Of a stretch of DNA of 64,000 nucleotides, positions 32,901-39,963 are shown piece after piece. This DNA is from a virus (lineage: Duplodnaviria; Caudoviricetes): positions 1 through 64,000 of the IMG/VR virus record IMGVR_UViG_3300020409_000014; one strand, 5' to 3'. The position numbers and the translations under genes were made by a program. Under the pieces are notes generated by a model. It saw only the letters and a list, made by a program, of their open reading frames with translations, searched no databases and was not told where the DNA came from. Positions within the stretch are counted from its first letter, which is position 1. The number at the start of each line of letters is the position of its first letter.

Positions 32901-35900
32901 CTACACTACCATTTACCTCAAGAATAATTTTACCGAAGTTTGGATCAGATGAGATACCCATAAGGTATGCAGAAACACCAGAGGTGCCATTTACTTCAAC
33001 AGTGTCAAAGAAGTGTGGAGTATTACCTGCTGCATATGCAGTGGTATTCATACTAAACCATGCTGCAGTAGTCCAGTTTTGACCTTCCCATGCTAAACCA
33101 GATGCAGTAGCACGGTTTGCTGCTTGGAATTTGAGTGATCCAGTGCCATACTTATAATATGATGTATCTACCTCAGCATCAGCAGGTGTTTGAATTGTAA
33201 GAGTAGATATAGTCTGTTTAGTTGTATCATAGTCTAAATCAGCACTATTATCAAATCTATAGACTGCAAGTTGATTAGGAATCAATCTTTCAGCAACAGT
33301 GATGATATCACCAGAATTATCAACTGTAGATGTCTTACCAACTTGTCCAACAGAATCAGTTGTTTCTATTAATGATTCTTCTTTTATTGTGCCATCATAC
33401 TTAAGTGAAGATACAATATTAGTTTTTCTGTCTTCGTCATAATCTATAGCAGCAGTTATGACAACATCTCCAAATACATCGATATGTAGACCAGTATTCT
33501 TAATAGAGACGTAATTTCCTTGAGGAGTTAATGATTTACGGAATAACCAAGGTTTTGGTAATGTAGCACCTTGGTTATTCGTATAAGTTGCATTTGTGTC
33601 TCCAAGAGGAATTTTACCAAGTTGAATTCTTTCAAATTTACCATTTGCATTATTAAAGACATCATATAAGAAAAATACGTCATTATACTCGTCAATAGTA
33701 AATCTTGGGTTTCTTGCATAACCACCAAGAGCAGGGACTTGTTTTACGAAGTCAACATTGATATTTGACCCATCATATGAGAATGTGCCGTATATCATGT
33801 TATCAGTTGTCTGGTTGACACCTACAAACATAAATGTGCTATTTGAAACCCATCTAATCTGTGTAAGATCCTCATCACCATTTGGAGAAGATATTTTACG
33901 CTTCTCTTTTAGATCTCCATCATTATTAGATTGAATGATCCAAATATCATTTGCATCTATTGCCTGAGTATCAGTATAACCAACAAGGTAGATATTGTTA
34001 TTTTCGTCAAGAGCAATGTCAGTAATATAGTCTCTACGTTGTCCACCAGATATACCTGCGATAGACTTCTGCCACTTTAAAGTACCTGTAGGATTGTTTT
34101 GTGCATCCCTTTCTGACTCATATTTACCAAACCAGACATCTGGATTATAATTGGCGTTATCGGGGTCATATGTTTGGCCACCAACATATATGAGGTCGTT
34201 TTCTTGTGAGTCATCAACGTATAGACAAGTAAATTCAAGTTTCTTAGTGCCTGCATTATTTGGAAGCAATGTCCTAACCCACTGCACCTCACCAAGGTCA
34301 TCAAACTTGGCAATGAAACCAACTTGATCATTATCGATATCTTCTACTAAAGATCCACAAATATAGTAGTCTCTATTAACTGTTGAGTAACTATCGAATA
34401 TGGTAACGTTACCACTGTCATTCAAATACTCTGATAACCAATAACGTGTTTTAGTATTTGACTGTGGATGTGATACTCTGATTTGTGGGACATTAGTTGT
34501 GCTATAACCATTACCAGAGTTTACAATATTAAATGAGCTTGCAACACCTGCAGCGTCTAAGTTGATAGTAAATTCAGCATCAACACCACCTGAGTCATCA
34601 ACCAACTCATATGTTGGAGGTATTAACTCACTATATCCAATACCTTCTATATCTACTGTAACACTCTCAATACCATCTACAACTTTTACAGTAAACTCTT
34701 TATTTGTATTTGACGTAATAGGAGTGCTATCTACAATAACTTCATCACCTTGAGAAAGATCATGGTTTTCAGAAGTTGTAATAACACCATATGGTCTATC
34801 ACCAATTATTTCCTTGACATATGCACTTATAGGGACACCTTTAATACTATCAATAATTGCAGAAGCACCAAATCCACCAGTGCCTTCATTATCGAAGAAT
34901 ACGGTATCATTTACCTGATAAGATCTACCAGGATTCTCAATAACGAAACCATCAATTTGTGCAGTTTCAAACTGAGTAACAGTCTCTACATCGATGTCAA
35001 CTTTAGACTCAAGTGAGACTTGTGGGAAGTAATCATATATCTGTAGTGTAGGCTCCTCTTGTAACTGTAATATCTCTTGTTGCTCATTAGCATCAATAAT
35101 ACCATCTTGGTTACTATCTTGAATCTCAAAGATGATAGGATAACCTTCTATCTCAGTTGTTAAAACATCTGCCTCTTGGTTTGGTAAACGCTCAACATCT
35201 ATGTCCACATTCTCATATGGGACTCTATATCTTACAACATCAGCAGGAATATTTTCTTGGACTGCACCTTGACTTAAATTCCACTCATCTGGAAGTGAGT
35301 TAAATGCAGGACCCATAATGTATGGGAATAGTGGTAAACCATCTGAAGATGCATCAATAGTAACGAAGTATGCATATGTGCCATCAGGATACTCAGGTGT
35401 TTTACAGAAACGACCGTTATATTGATCTAGGTCACCTTGTTGGAAAACATACTCATAGTCAGGTACAAATGACCCTGCAGGATAAGTTGCTAGTAGAGGA
35501 CCGTCAACTCTAGCAGGATTTGGGTTTGCATCTGATAATACTATCTCAGGTTTAAGTTGATATGATGTGCGAAGTCTTCTTACACCACTGTTTTGATCGG
35601 TTGGGTTTGCATATCCATAAGGACCGTAGATTGGGTTTCCATCATATGCCCATCCTAAGATTGGAGAGTGTTGGAAGTTAGTTTCAATTTCTTGGAATTT
35701 TCCTGTTTCTTGATCTAAGAATACATTGTCTCCAACAACATAACGTAATTCTTTTGGATCTGAGAGGTGAGCATATTCTCCACCATACTGGTTGTTAAGT
35801 CCAGTAAATACATATCCTCTTGCTATATCATACTTGTTAGAAAGCTCATATTCAAAGTTTTTATTCCACTCAAATACCTGTGCAGTGAATGTTGCCAATT

Positions 35901-38900
35901 CACCAACAGCGTCTAGTCTTACAGTAGTTGTACCTTGGATATAGTTAATACCTCTGTTGGATATGGAGATACCAATTACTTTACCCTTGTCTTCCCCAGT
36001 TGTTGCAATGGTTGCTTTTGCAACAGCACCAAATCCATCACCATTGATTACAACTCTTGGTGCTGTTGTATAACGACGACCAGAGTTAATAATAGCGATA
36101 GATACGATTCTACCATTCAATACGATTGGTTGTGCTAATGCACCTTCACCAGATGTAACAGATACAGTGGGGAGAGATGTGTATCCTGATCCACCACCTG
36201 TTAATGTAACAGCAGAGATAGGACCTCTGATATTAGCAGTGGCTGCAGCACCACTACCGCCACCCCCAGTAATAGTAATAGATGGTTGTGATGTGAAGCC
36301 ACTGCCAGGATTGCTTACTAAGATTCTTGTTATAACACCATTAGTAACAACCGCAGTTGCAGATGCACCTGATCCACCACCACCAACGATAGAGATCAAT
36401 GGAGAAGATGTATAATCCTGTCCTCCTGCAGTTACCTCAAATGAGTCAACACTACCATTAACTGTAACAGTAGCAGTTGCACCACTACCTCCACCACCTT
36501 CAATAAGGACTTCTGGGGGAGATCCTGCATCATAGTTAAGACCTGAGTTAGCAACAACAATACCAGTCAAAGGACCGAAAAGAATTGACTCTTCTGACTT
36601 ATAGCACCATATACTTACACCATTAACCCAAGCACCTATTGCACTGTTAGCAGCAATCTGTTGTCTCTCAGAAACGGTATTTACAGTCCTAGGGACTCTA
36701 ATAAGTTTTCTTTGGTTGCCAGGTATCAATGCAGACCCAATAAAAGGTCCTATCTTGTAGTTTGGAAGACCAGACGCTGCAACGTAGACATAATCGGCAT
36801 TAAAGAAGGAATTCTGAATATTAGTCGTAAATTCAGTAACAACGTTGTTAATTGCAGTCTCAGTAGACTTACCTCTGTTAAGATCGACTGAAAGTAAGAT
36901 ATTACCAACAGGGACGATATCAGTTGCTGTTGCAACTCTATATGAAAAATTAAAGTCGTCAATACGAGAAGAAACTTGGAATGTGCCGTTAAAGACAACT
37001 GGGTTAGCACCATATACTGTAACGGTGTCTTCTACCAATAATCCATGAGGTTCTTCGGTTGTTACGGTTGCAACTTGTGATGCACCGCCAGGATCGATTG
37101 TAGAAACCCTAACAAGTTTTTTAACGTTGTAAAACCAAGATTCTAGTCTTTCTTCACCAACAGAGTCTGATCCGAGCGATGCAACTTTTAATTTATCGCC
37201 AGGTAAGTAATATGACCCTGTATCGTCTAATACTGTGCTTCCTGCTTCGGCAATACCCAAAACACGCATTTTAACTTCGGTAGAAGTGCCTCTATTAGCG
37301 TAAATGAAGATATTAGAAGTAATAGTGGTGCCAGGATCCCAATCTTCAACAATACCGTTATTTGATCGAGTACATTCAATAAATTGGTTAAGTGACTTCT
37401 CTTTATACAAGACTTCTTCATTATCGCCAATAAAGAAGGTGCCGTTTCTCTCTGGCCATCCAATAGTCGAGTCAACGGTTACAATTTGCCCTGTAGTGGA
37501 TAATGGCTCAACTAGATTAGTAATATAAGGTATTTTAAATGTGCCAGTAAGTGTTTCTTCAGATATTACCAATTCATAAATTGTATCTTCACCTTTGATG
37601 ATAGAAATTGCATTTTCAACTAATGCTGATGCATTCTTGACATTTTGATCAACCTCATCTGCATATTGAATAACTTCTGCGTCAATTAGGTTAGCAGCGT
37701 CACCAGATACAATCTGAGTCCTTAAAATAGTGTCTACAGTCCATGTAGCAGCAGATGGAGAGATAATCTGCTCTTTAGGATATGAAACCTCAATCTCTTC
37801 ACCAAAAAGAATCTTGAAAAGGTATTTTGCACCTAATGCAGTACCTTTAGCAAGATAGAAGTCCCTGATATTCTTAATTACGTTAACAGGGTTAACTTTA
37901 CTTGGATCTAGATTTATAGTCGGTAAATATTGCTTTCTAAACTTCTCAAATAACTGATAGATGAAAATAGAGTCAAGGTTGTGGACTACTGACCCTATGG
38001 GGTGTGTGCTAGTAGCAATTTGACTTTCTTTTGCAAAAATTTGGTTTCCATACTCATCAAAGTCAACAACGTTAGAAACACCACGGACAATACCATTAAA
38101 TGCACTAGGCACATAGTTTCTACCACTCTCTTCAATTACAAATCCAGTAACTTCGTCATATCCGACATTTACAGATGCTTTTGCTGCTTGAGGCTCAGCA
38201 ATGTAAATTGTAGGAGGATTTGTTTCACTATATCCAGTACCAAAGTTGGTAATGTTGATGTCTGTTAACTCACCGTTGAATATAGTCGCTGCAGCAGTTG
38301 CACCTGTGCCTCCAATAGGATCACCGTATGCATCTTTGCGATCGTCAACAATATAGACAGATGGAGCGTCAGTATAACCTCTACCACCAGTCAATAACTC
38401 AATATCTGTAACAGCACCACTAGATACAGTCACATCTAAGACTTGAGCACCAACAGGATCGATTACACGGCATCTAGGAGGACTTGTATACCCTCTTCCT
38501 CTATTAATGATAGTAACTAGACTTAAACTACCTTCTGCAGTTAGAGAGCACTCTGCGATAGCGTTGATACCACCATCAGGAGCAGGATCAATGTATATTG
38601 TAGGAGGGTTAGCATAATTAAGACCTGGTGAGGTAACTGTAATGCTATCTACGTTAAGTCTACCTTCAGAGTCAATAGTTGCATCGCTAATAGTTGCACC
38701 GCCAGGATTATTGAAGGTAATAACTGGCACAAAGTCATAACCAGATCCAGAATCAGTAATTCTAACTGAATCTACCATTCCAGTGGTATCATTGACTGTC
38801 AAAGCAACCCTTGCAAGTCTACCATTAGGATTACTAGGTGCAGTAACTAAAGGAATAGGAGGATTGTAAGATGTATAACCTTGACCACCAGAAATTAACT

Positions 38901-39960
38901 GAATATCTTTAATACCTGCAACTAAACTGTGTGCAGTAGCATATTCACCAGTAGTAGCAGTTTGGACATTTACTCTAGGAGCAAAATCAAGTCTATATCC
39001 CTTACCACCCTCTTTAACTAAGATATTATCAATCTGATTGTCTACAACATTACATACAGCTGTTGCACCACTACCAAAGGATGCAGGAACAAATTCAATC
39101 GCTCTAACATGAAGAGTATCTTGACTACCAAGAGCAAACTTAGTAACAAGAGTATCTTGATAAACATTAAACTGCTCAAAAGGTTTCTGTAATTGTCCTG
39201 AGCGGTTGACAATTAGAGAAACATCAGAAATTGGAGTATATGCAGATCCATTTACTCTTAGAGGATAATATTTTGTGCCTTGCCATTCTGAGAATGGGAC
39301 AGGATCCATTGTAACAATGGTTTTATCAGCAAAACCTATAAGATATACAATCTTCGTAAAACCTTGGTCATCGCCTCCTAGAGGTGCTCTAGGGGGCACT
39401 GTGAAGATGATATTGGTGCCACTAACAGTGTAATCTACTGTAGGTCTAAGAGTTACATTATAGACAGTAACTATTAGGTGATCTACAGACGCAGGACTAA
39501 CTGGGTTACCCTGATACTTTAATGGAAATGTAGTTTGGACGCCATCAAACTCGTAATATGGATTTTCTAGTGCTTGCTCTTTCTTCTTAAATTCATGTGG
39601 TGCAATACCAGGTGTCATGATAGCATCAGGACCTCTGGTTACCGATTCATAGTATAAGATCTCATTATCAATCTTAATACTACCATTTCTTTCCTGATAT
39701 CCGTCAATATCTTCGACAACAATCTCTGTGTCATTCAAACCTATTGCTTGAAGCACACTTGTCTCGGATGTTAAGACATTTGACTGATAAGTGTCTAAGT
39801 CAAGATAATCGAGTACATTATTAAGGATGTCGTAGGGTCTACCTACTTTCTCCTGTGATTTGTAGTATTCTTGTAGTAGTTGGACAAAGGCACGGTCTTC
39901 TGATTTAATAAAATCAGGTAACTGTTGCTCAACTCTGTCAGAAACCTGTACTCTAGACAT
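17929..39960 (-). CDS. gp7: Giant gp7-like baseplate wedge initiator (7343 aa, multidomain)
   Basis: Directly downstream of gp6; N-terminal VEQQLPDFI...FVQLLQEYY and internal FYLAKGT...YLFKILFGEEIEVSYP; one 22-kb ORF. Confidence 0.85.
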   Translation of the reverse strand: MSRVQVSDRVEQQLPDFIKSEDRAFVQLLQEYYKSQEKVGRPYDILNNVLDYLDLDTYQSNVLTSETSVLQAIGLNDTEIVVEDIDGYQERNGSIKIDNEILYYESVTRGPDAIMTPGIAPHEFKKKEQALENPYYEFDGVQTTFPLKYQGNPVSPASVDHLIVTVYNVTLRPTVDYTVSGTNIIFTVPPRAPLGGDDQGFTKIVYLIGFADKTIVTMDPVPFSEWQGTKYYPLRVNGSAYTPISDVSLIVNRSGQLQKPFEQFNVYQDTLVTKFALGSQDTLHVRAIEFVPASFGSGATAVCNVVDNQIDNILVKEGGKGYRLDFAPRVNVQTATTGEYATAHSLVAGIKDIQLISGGQGYTSYNPPIPLVTAPSNPNGRLARVALTVNDTTGMVDSVRITDSGSGYDFVPVITFNNPGGATISDATIDSEGRLNVDSITVTSPGLNYANPPTIYIDPAPDGGINAIAECSLTAEGSLSLVTIINRGRGYTSPPRCRVIDPVGAQVLDVTVSSGAVTDIELLTGGRGYTDAPSVYIVDDRKDAYGDPIGGTGATAAATIFNGELTDINITNFGTGYSETNPPTIYIAEPQAAKASVNVGYDEVTGFVIEESGRNYVPSAFNGIVRGVSNVVDFDEYGNQIFAKESQIATSTHPIGSVVHNLDSIFIYQLFEKFRKQYLPTINLDPSKVNPVNVIKNIRDFYLAKGTALGAKYLFKILFGEEIEVSYPKEQIISPSAATWTVDTILRTQIVSGDAANLIDAEVIQYADEVDQNVKNASALVENAISIIKGEDTIYELVISEETLTGTFKIPYITNLVEPLSTTGQIVTVDSTIGWPERNGTFFIGDNEEVLYKEKSLNQFIECTRSNNGIVEDWDPGTTITSNIFIYANRGTSTEVKMRVLGIAEAGSTVLDDTGSYYLPGDKLKVASLGSDSVGEERLESWFYNVKKLVRVSTIDPGGASQVATVTTEEPHGLLVEDTVTVYGANPVVFNGTFQVSSRIDDFNFSYRVATATDIVPVGNILLSVDLNRGKSTETAINNVVTEFTTNIQNSFFNADYVYVAASGLPNYKIGPFIGSALIPGNQRKLIRVPRTVNTVSERQQIAANSAIGAWVNGVSIWCYKSEESILFGPLTGIVVANSGLNYDAGSPPEVLIEGGGGSGATATVTVNGSVDSFEVTAGGQDYTSSPLISIVGGGGSGASATAVVTNGVITRILVSNPGSGFTSQPSITITGGGGSGAAATANIRGPISAVTLTGGGSGYTSLPTVSVTSGEGALAQPIVLNGRIVSIAIINSGRRYTTAPRVVINGDGFGAVAKATIATTGEDKGKVIGISISNRGINYIQGTTTVRLDAVGELATFTAQVFEWNKNFEYELSNKYDIARGYVFTGLNNQYGGEYAHLSDPKELRYVVGDNVFLDQETGKFQEIETNFQHSPILGWAYDGNPIYGPYGYANPTDQNSGVRRLRTSYQLKPEIVLSDANPNPARVDGPLLATYPAGSFVPDYEYVFQQGDLDQYNGRFCKTPEYPDGTYAYFVTIDASSDGLPLFPYIMGPAFNSLPDEWNLSQGAVQENIPADVVRYRVPYENVDIDVERLPNQEADVLTTEIEGYPIIFEIQDSNQDGIIDANEQQEILQLQEEPTLQIYDYFPQVSLESKVDIDVETVTQFETAQIDGFVIENPGRSYQVNDTVFFDNEGTGGFGASAIIDSIKGVPISAYVKEIIGDRPYGVITTSENHDLSQGDEVIVDSTPITSNTNKEFTVKVVDGIESVTVDIEGIGYSELIPPTYELVDDSGGVDAEFTINLDAAGVASSFNIVNSGNGYSTTNVPQIRVSHPQSNTKTRYWLSEYLNDSGNVTIFDSYSTVNRDYYICGSLVEDIDNDQVGFIAKFDDLGEVQWVRTLLPNNAGTKKLEFTCLYVDDSQENDLIYVGGQTYDPDNANYNPDVWFGKYESERDAQNNPTGTLKWQKSIAGISGGQRRDYITDIALDENNNIYLVGYTDTQAIDANDIWIIQSNNDGDLKEKRKISSPNGDEDLTQIRWVSNSTFMFVGVNQTTDNMIYGTFSYDGSNINVDFVKQVPALGGYARNPRFTIDEYNDVFFLYDVFNNANGKFERIQLGKIPLGDTNATYTNNQGATLPKPWLFRKSLTPQGNYVSIKNTGLHIDVFGDVVITAAIDYDEDRKTNIVSSLKYDGTIKEESLIETTDSVGQVGKTSTVDNSGDIITVAERLIPNQLAVYRFDNSADLDYDTTKQTISTLTIQTPADAEVDTSYYKYGTGSLKFQAANRATASGLAWEGQNWTTAAWFSMNTTAYAAGNTPHFFDTVEVNGTSGVSAYLMGISSDPNFGKIILEVNGSVVASSTETTYWGNFAAAAWHHIALVKENTGSGVWEINVYYDGTLAVTYQTLIDVNMASVGLGGTEPSVATKAFIGHIDDWIISKLDEFESTFTPPTTKYPLSHEISDVVAIKIDRAHTSGRGTYTLTTPTNYSNLTISEWTTGTWSDAGLPSIDQWDVGAGGLQLLDFSDSPSVYTPVQTYTWTNNREQFASKSSTIPVKNGQKMFVTANVVPKFYIKDATYSKIDNILEYTLNQDVKFTKGAILQQYNALGVVQAYGTIVETPVGTTTNPGLGNKYKIGKIFGTFNTTDLLRSTEATDINIIPEQTFIGVEEENIWVTGTAYATADRVYYAKKIYEAQSGGTSGVTPPTHTTGAVSDGSVTWVFIRNAGEFNIDIQTEPYPKPQYRGMDMDRWDQGVNFPVGYQVYWQRNIYEVTVAGTSGTIAPVHTTGTASDGGVTWEWKSTEQPLSDYARFQQYSDGQYSVKIRKVQPASSYIPGDVIAINSGNIVVDDEGTDAYKVVKVTGFASVKEVELTTTLKKDIKKVSDARSDLVYATSVTPHNYRANEIIFTEGFNTTEYNGSFFIREVFGSREFVFGLRNTAAGDPVFNQNSISNVNIFAKHPSLTFIREHQYVFDVGDASNFGYYLSFAQDNQYKLEYSFNNITRVGTPGVQAEGLRPYVKFSAIGNVTNISYYFDPSRIGSMSPVGANSFIDIIKTPYDGTFTISQIVNNTEFKFPLLLEPETSSAEVQDDENGNPFSFYSTTSVKAIGPINTIKLVSPGGFYQKLPIISDIASFRQIERITITSGGTEYQPGVYYNVPIDGDGEGGLATITVTLDEEIGSGTISDVSVADPGKGYTTASIDVDSITGILGPQLAGSGAALAVVIPDEGSGASVFLTGKNIGKIKRLKNNEFGFGYSHDYTLRPEITFPVNLQLFNTSILTEITITDPGSGYTSAPAVVIEGGGGSGAEAEAVIKNNRLNEILIKNPGQGYSSEPTVTLKSEFNYVVNLDLNYLQFNFPHGITTGAAIQLRADSIGSTTGILPKPSSAGLTQLVEGQIYYAIADQLESDQLRFGLTLQAAQSGDFITFLTQGEGRQTLLTEVFGGTATAVVATSRFLEGEKIFQGNSPEQASATGFVSTNTGWQIGPKILKVVDYTGNFVQGEKVSGEVSKASGIIDNLSIARGVLNIDSITQTPGRFIDDVGKPSEIVQKIQDSFFYQSFSYVITSEIPITRWKKQVLDNNHPTGFKMFGQLSLTGGKDVSGRKVGTEFIKEVNINEYTNVNQITSFGAAEPVYTDYNNTEVLFRSRRLTSSEEILTSIVKKIDDISDDFDGILKSFPITVEGEGVIVKGNQLMITLNGVIQAPGTSYQIVGNQIVFAEPPKAASQVRYRAVRFTTIPVYRITLVNPQGIFPEMGQQVNGESSDAYATVIDSGTFHIDVINITDGPFTVSEIIKRTTLFNAVVGSVDLINTESLFKFQETITNFDGDIAIIEETNLDAQGNATDTLLLSKTSGTSRFETGIFDIKLNEYIYSSNSKIVAQITFISPYLDPNTGQPVDTLIINRGSTFFGLIYERLVAIQNPNVILDDISQSSITPVQLYDAEARINEDFLDFEEVRSTEIEYDNLSSGTFAKGDALRNKAIFYANLVGNAGNRANDGARSIGRNRQEIIDRAERWVAVEHPDFYYPGDVQTNTTSRFRDAYRMILKNIDAISLRAYDLQKTAFTGTSAGDKQGYLDDVRLWIESLALDIHSGGNQYSLKWINEYFSDSTTLNYSRASAELLFIVEKAKDLCLAAITNQLTGVFSATNSTDEATYYADLSITADPSPGSPYATPGSNTDNATTDNCSDVQSAITTIWTWQNEAIAAGNLNDIPTEVEPTTSIGQEKCRRDLGLFIDAIADDLSSGGEFNSQNFAEQYFDTTGNFILNGFYGEVAESQTAILKARDTMFYAINNLLYVKDIGNEGYNLNDPITYGGSAPAHTYDPNYSSGNAQSLSNCADIQQNITFLTDIVIHSVTAENTHNLTGTTSYTSEGTGGPKITGVFADPVPQGSLNIDGANLLLNNKEFIAAEALHIYKTANPGFTPHQTDADCTDDIKDVIEAIAYDIKYGGNSRVYDAATYAIAYDDSPTTASQVNGIYAEAQTIAGSVIQNGTDTFTVANVNNATRTFDVTVPTVTLNAGDSLTYVGNGKMVVAPPQFTPTGATYNPVTGDLVLTIGSHNITAGRFVSIAANSLTFNCTMDGGSSNKTYPRAGKDPYYNKPLEVKSVVANTSITVNVGASPEITFTPTAITYSPSSGVMVMTIGEHKLETGTAIKIAQESLVFRCSQDNYLTDHAYPRTTDPYYDTAITITDTTSTTITVNVGVATAQGQYEHVFQSAAFGAVITGGNYTHTFVSATSNAVTLDNTADIALATYDVAGGTLSIQLAESYTPTLSNGDTVRLHYLHFVSKTFGDYYYPRFAATGIHGKRQWFDTDLTPVNSDTNGCATVVSAFNTLMSVYTTAYTNNNMAHATRTAPTERTITDGGYSAGETLRVTKYAFKDPSRGLFLPGENLKGVTTNASAPIKGSNNGLKWIYGGNATGTFSIGEYVTNSTLVNSNCTIDDITILSALSNNTKSVRIPNTGQIVQTERNDFKFGTGDFTIEMRLRADAISGNQIIFDMRRPQTTSTGLSLVLNGSGQLILANGSSTLITSTNTLIALRWHHIAVVRKSAVTSIYIDGVQQTTYSDTNTYEFARFALGKDVSNGQQFIGNLDNLIVKKGVGDYEGATITPPSDPDFTNSSIVLGINGEAPFVVSTTEVYATLTGLTNSSSTLKSIDYLNKRITIEEVDLGREIYRDAADIIDINRDWIAEEAVGIMQAFFPDFTIPGDTYGAGGTMSGTNVCIRDTRDYILPAIVKDLREGGNYNVIVTARFYRTRGGEIEYIGQELLQTLYAWREVVKLCKYVINTSDTTLTGTYTTKLRVPHALSGTTQVETQLDTLGDYIADVLAPTGHRFRDAGALIWKNRDYIAEEAVGHINALYTKTINSVPVQFLTIPNNTKCLRDLKDHVLPAVIGDIIMGGNAETQKVIDSYLNSDNEILYITDELNPMIDAIHYTEMLAKKAINNLLMSPGETSASLGVSATYQDEYYSPIYTSRLAFRDETITYDPKQFDQTRTGSNKFLDAADLIDDNARIIAKEAVSTMNDLSKYGSFIVPTGNPVDCEDDVVDILAGVAHDLRHGGNSETYRIGKLYVRSDGGIKHIEGETEASKAVFKIARDMAILTIRNGFGRDSLPGHNEVTFQLSSYERNGASNNRIYAARAIERNIRFIAEEAVRRGLDQYPSLSINGGSSALWTKEFTPTDVNYNSTNGKMVVTIGKHDIQRGDTVRVTPLGITLRCSQDNYATDHPYPRTTDPVYEKNILVEDISQTTITINVGASPQGQQYTHQFQSALAGSIKWGDDFGGQKLTPTNITYNSATGDMVMTIPDHVFNVGNRLMIAPNSLTFTCSQDNNASNHSYPRTTDPYYNKTVAVTAVGTGTANITNASYQETTGILTITSAGHGLVTGNRIKIATDGIRFTCTQDGNSTNHDYPRSTDPANNKWLIVTKIDDDNIAVNVYPSQVGQQYPHTFVSATSGALIKQSGTVTVNVGASPAGQQYTHAFVSATHNCITAAGSIDCVHDVADVLAWHTFNLEYGGDNMVALGAGYYVENGVIQHIAGVVNEVTWITNTARDIAKQIYQGTTPSRHATNGAEFVPITDIEDKWVTGEGNMSAISDSDVDTEVNRLISIVTDTINDPTGSDTTTYPNGLSGSFTPTLPNIWPTKYSGDVPLRDVSVTFDNQATQWNQTCPTQAAAINTLMAILEGGIDAAVAGNGLTYYGTTVTETAPTSPTSNLYNAGKCYDVKLEIEKKYKVMYETLSGGSTSNKMAAKMILFNKPAIKKRAYDQTVAFYPSYAGDADFADQIIHAVIYDLVTGGNAEAFDSISNWFDGDGNMIVYTGIVRTHLIYHMTRVREYCKSIIYAPDGAGWIPYVADPGLYIPALRTEWDQEATEFNMDSSINVFEFALEQSKFSTEAKTTWIANTDVHNRHVVYNEGFDWNTDPALVSLTPTVRAGYDRAEFRVRIYRANFFRRGDVVQYIPAGGGTLGGTTGQSLYYILNAEATFFEIGAVPTHDGRFRALEFDDTAASSHIFQVLVRSGINRATTTYGNPDVETPYSGGFLDADVLYGTQSDVFAEIGSQSFNQASVRETFLYVKLGNPSDPGVSKFTNGENVFKSGDATAVGKILQQNYNTGNTEIILRVVDKTGPNWAVGDTLVGLDSSTTADITAITDRLLLNVDLGAYAVGDKIFKKADNTEADIVFYDNKSGAIIGNDGGRVVMDVETIQSGWETGDIIYGSLTDYILDVKGIYQPGGVAEVNDIIHGTEVIELDLGSTFIEAGLAATFEVGDEVNMLIGTVIKNPGLTAVVTKYQAPNNNVSPVIPHKMWIGNVQPVGTGASVSELTNAGIFIGKFDIGTNFPVIYSNVTNITQNTYTSYAKISKIEQQGITARIWVEQAVGEFYDNMTIKGDDGWSAAVSDARTLVGRVDRYFRGFDGVQQNFSLSVENGQAYFPDPAGHMLIFVNGILQPPGAINAYTAFSDKIQFTEPPEIGSEFIGYYVGKLRQLDDIGFEFDSLRSSFNLKLDGIFYSLTLTEGVSSATILPENNILVSLNGIIQEPGVSYEIVGSRIIFAEVPRAGATFVGFSYIGSDADVISATVVPPIEAGDQLDIEGEEFPREVALIESSNSLITFEYTGSVKGRNAEALANITSGQIISATVTNPGDGYTSKPNVEIISSTGFDGRLVPMMGIQRIDVKATGGGYSLPIVAAETTVEDDFVTPTGSPVNNGFDIYAGEGIDQQGNPIVVDPGLIRININPVNVTVNQGQTATFTVVADFVRASDGQLNTTTLNYQWQKKDYGTTVWSNIIGGNQAAYPTNSTTQQDDGDEYRVAITAAGATPVYSFSAILSVQIGSTVISNFTPDQIFDDA
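21050..27995 (-). repeat. About 8 dispersed helical protein repeats in gp7 (DAa.li..Nr..Ia.eA...CxRD...i..Dl..GGN)
   Basis: Copies visible in the translation; Cys codons at 27295, 26683, 24307, 23833, 23350, 21982. Confidence 0.85.
22165..26370 (-). repeat. Five ~80-100-aa beta-rich repeats in gp7 (C..D.....H.YPR..DP)
   Basis: Copies at about 26125-26365, 25865-26105, 22710-22950, 22410-22620 and 22165-22395. Confidence 0.88.
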
Positions 39961-39963
39961 AAC

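Noticed and set aside
17929-39960. Intein, intron or frameshift as an explanation for the giant gp7
   Set aside because: Single uninterrupted ORF; I saw no intein splice motifs or homing-endonuclease motifs
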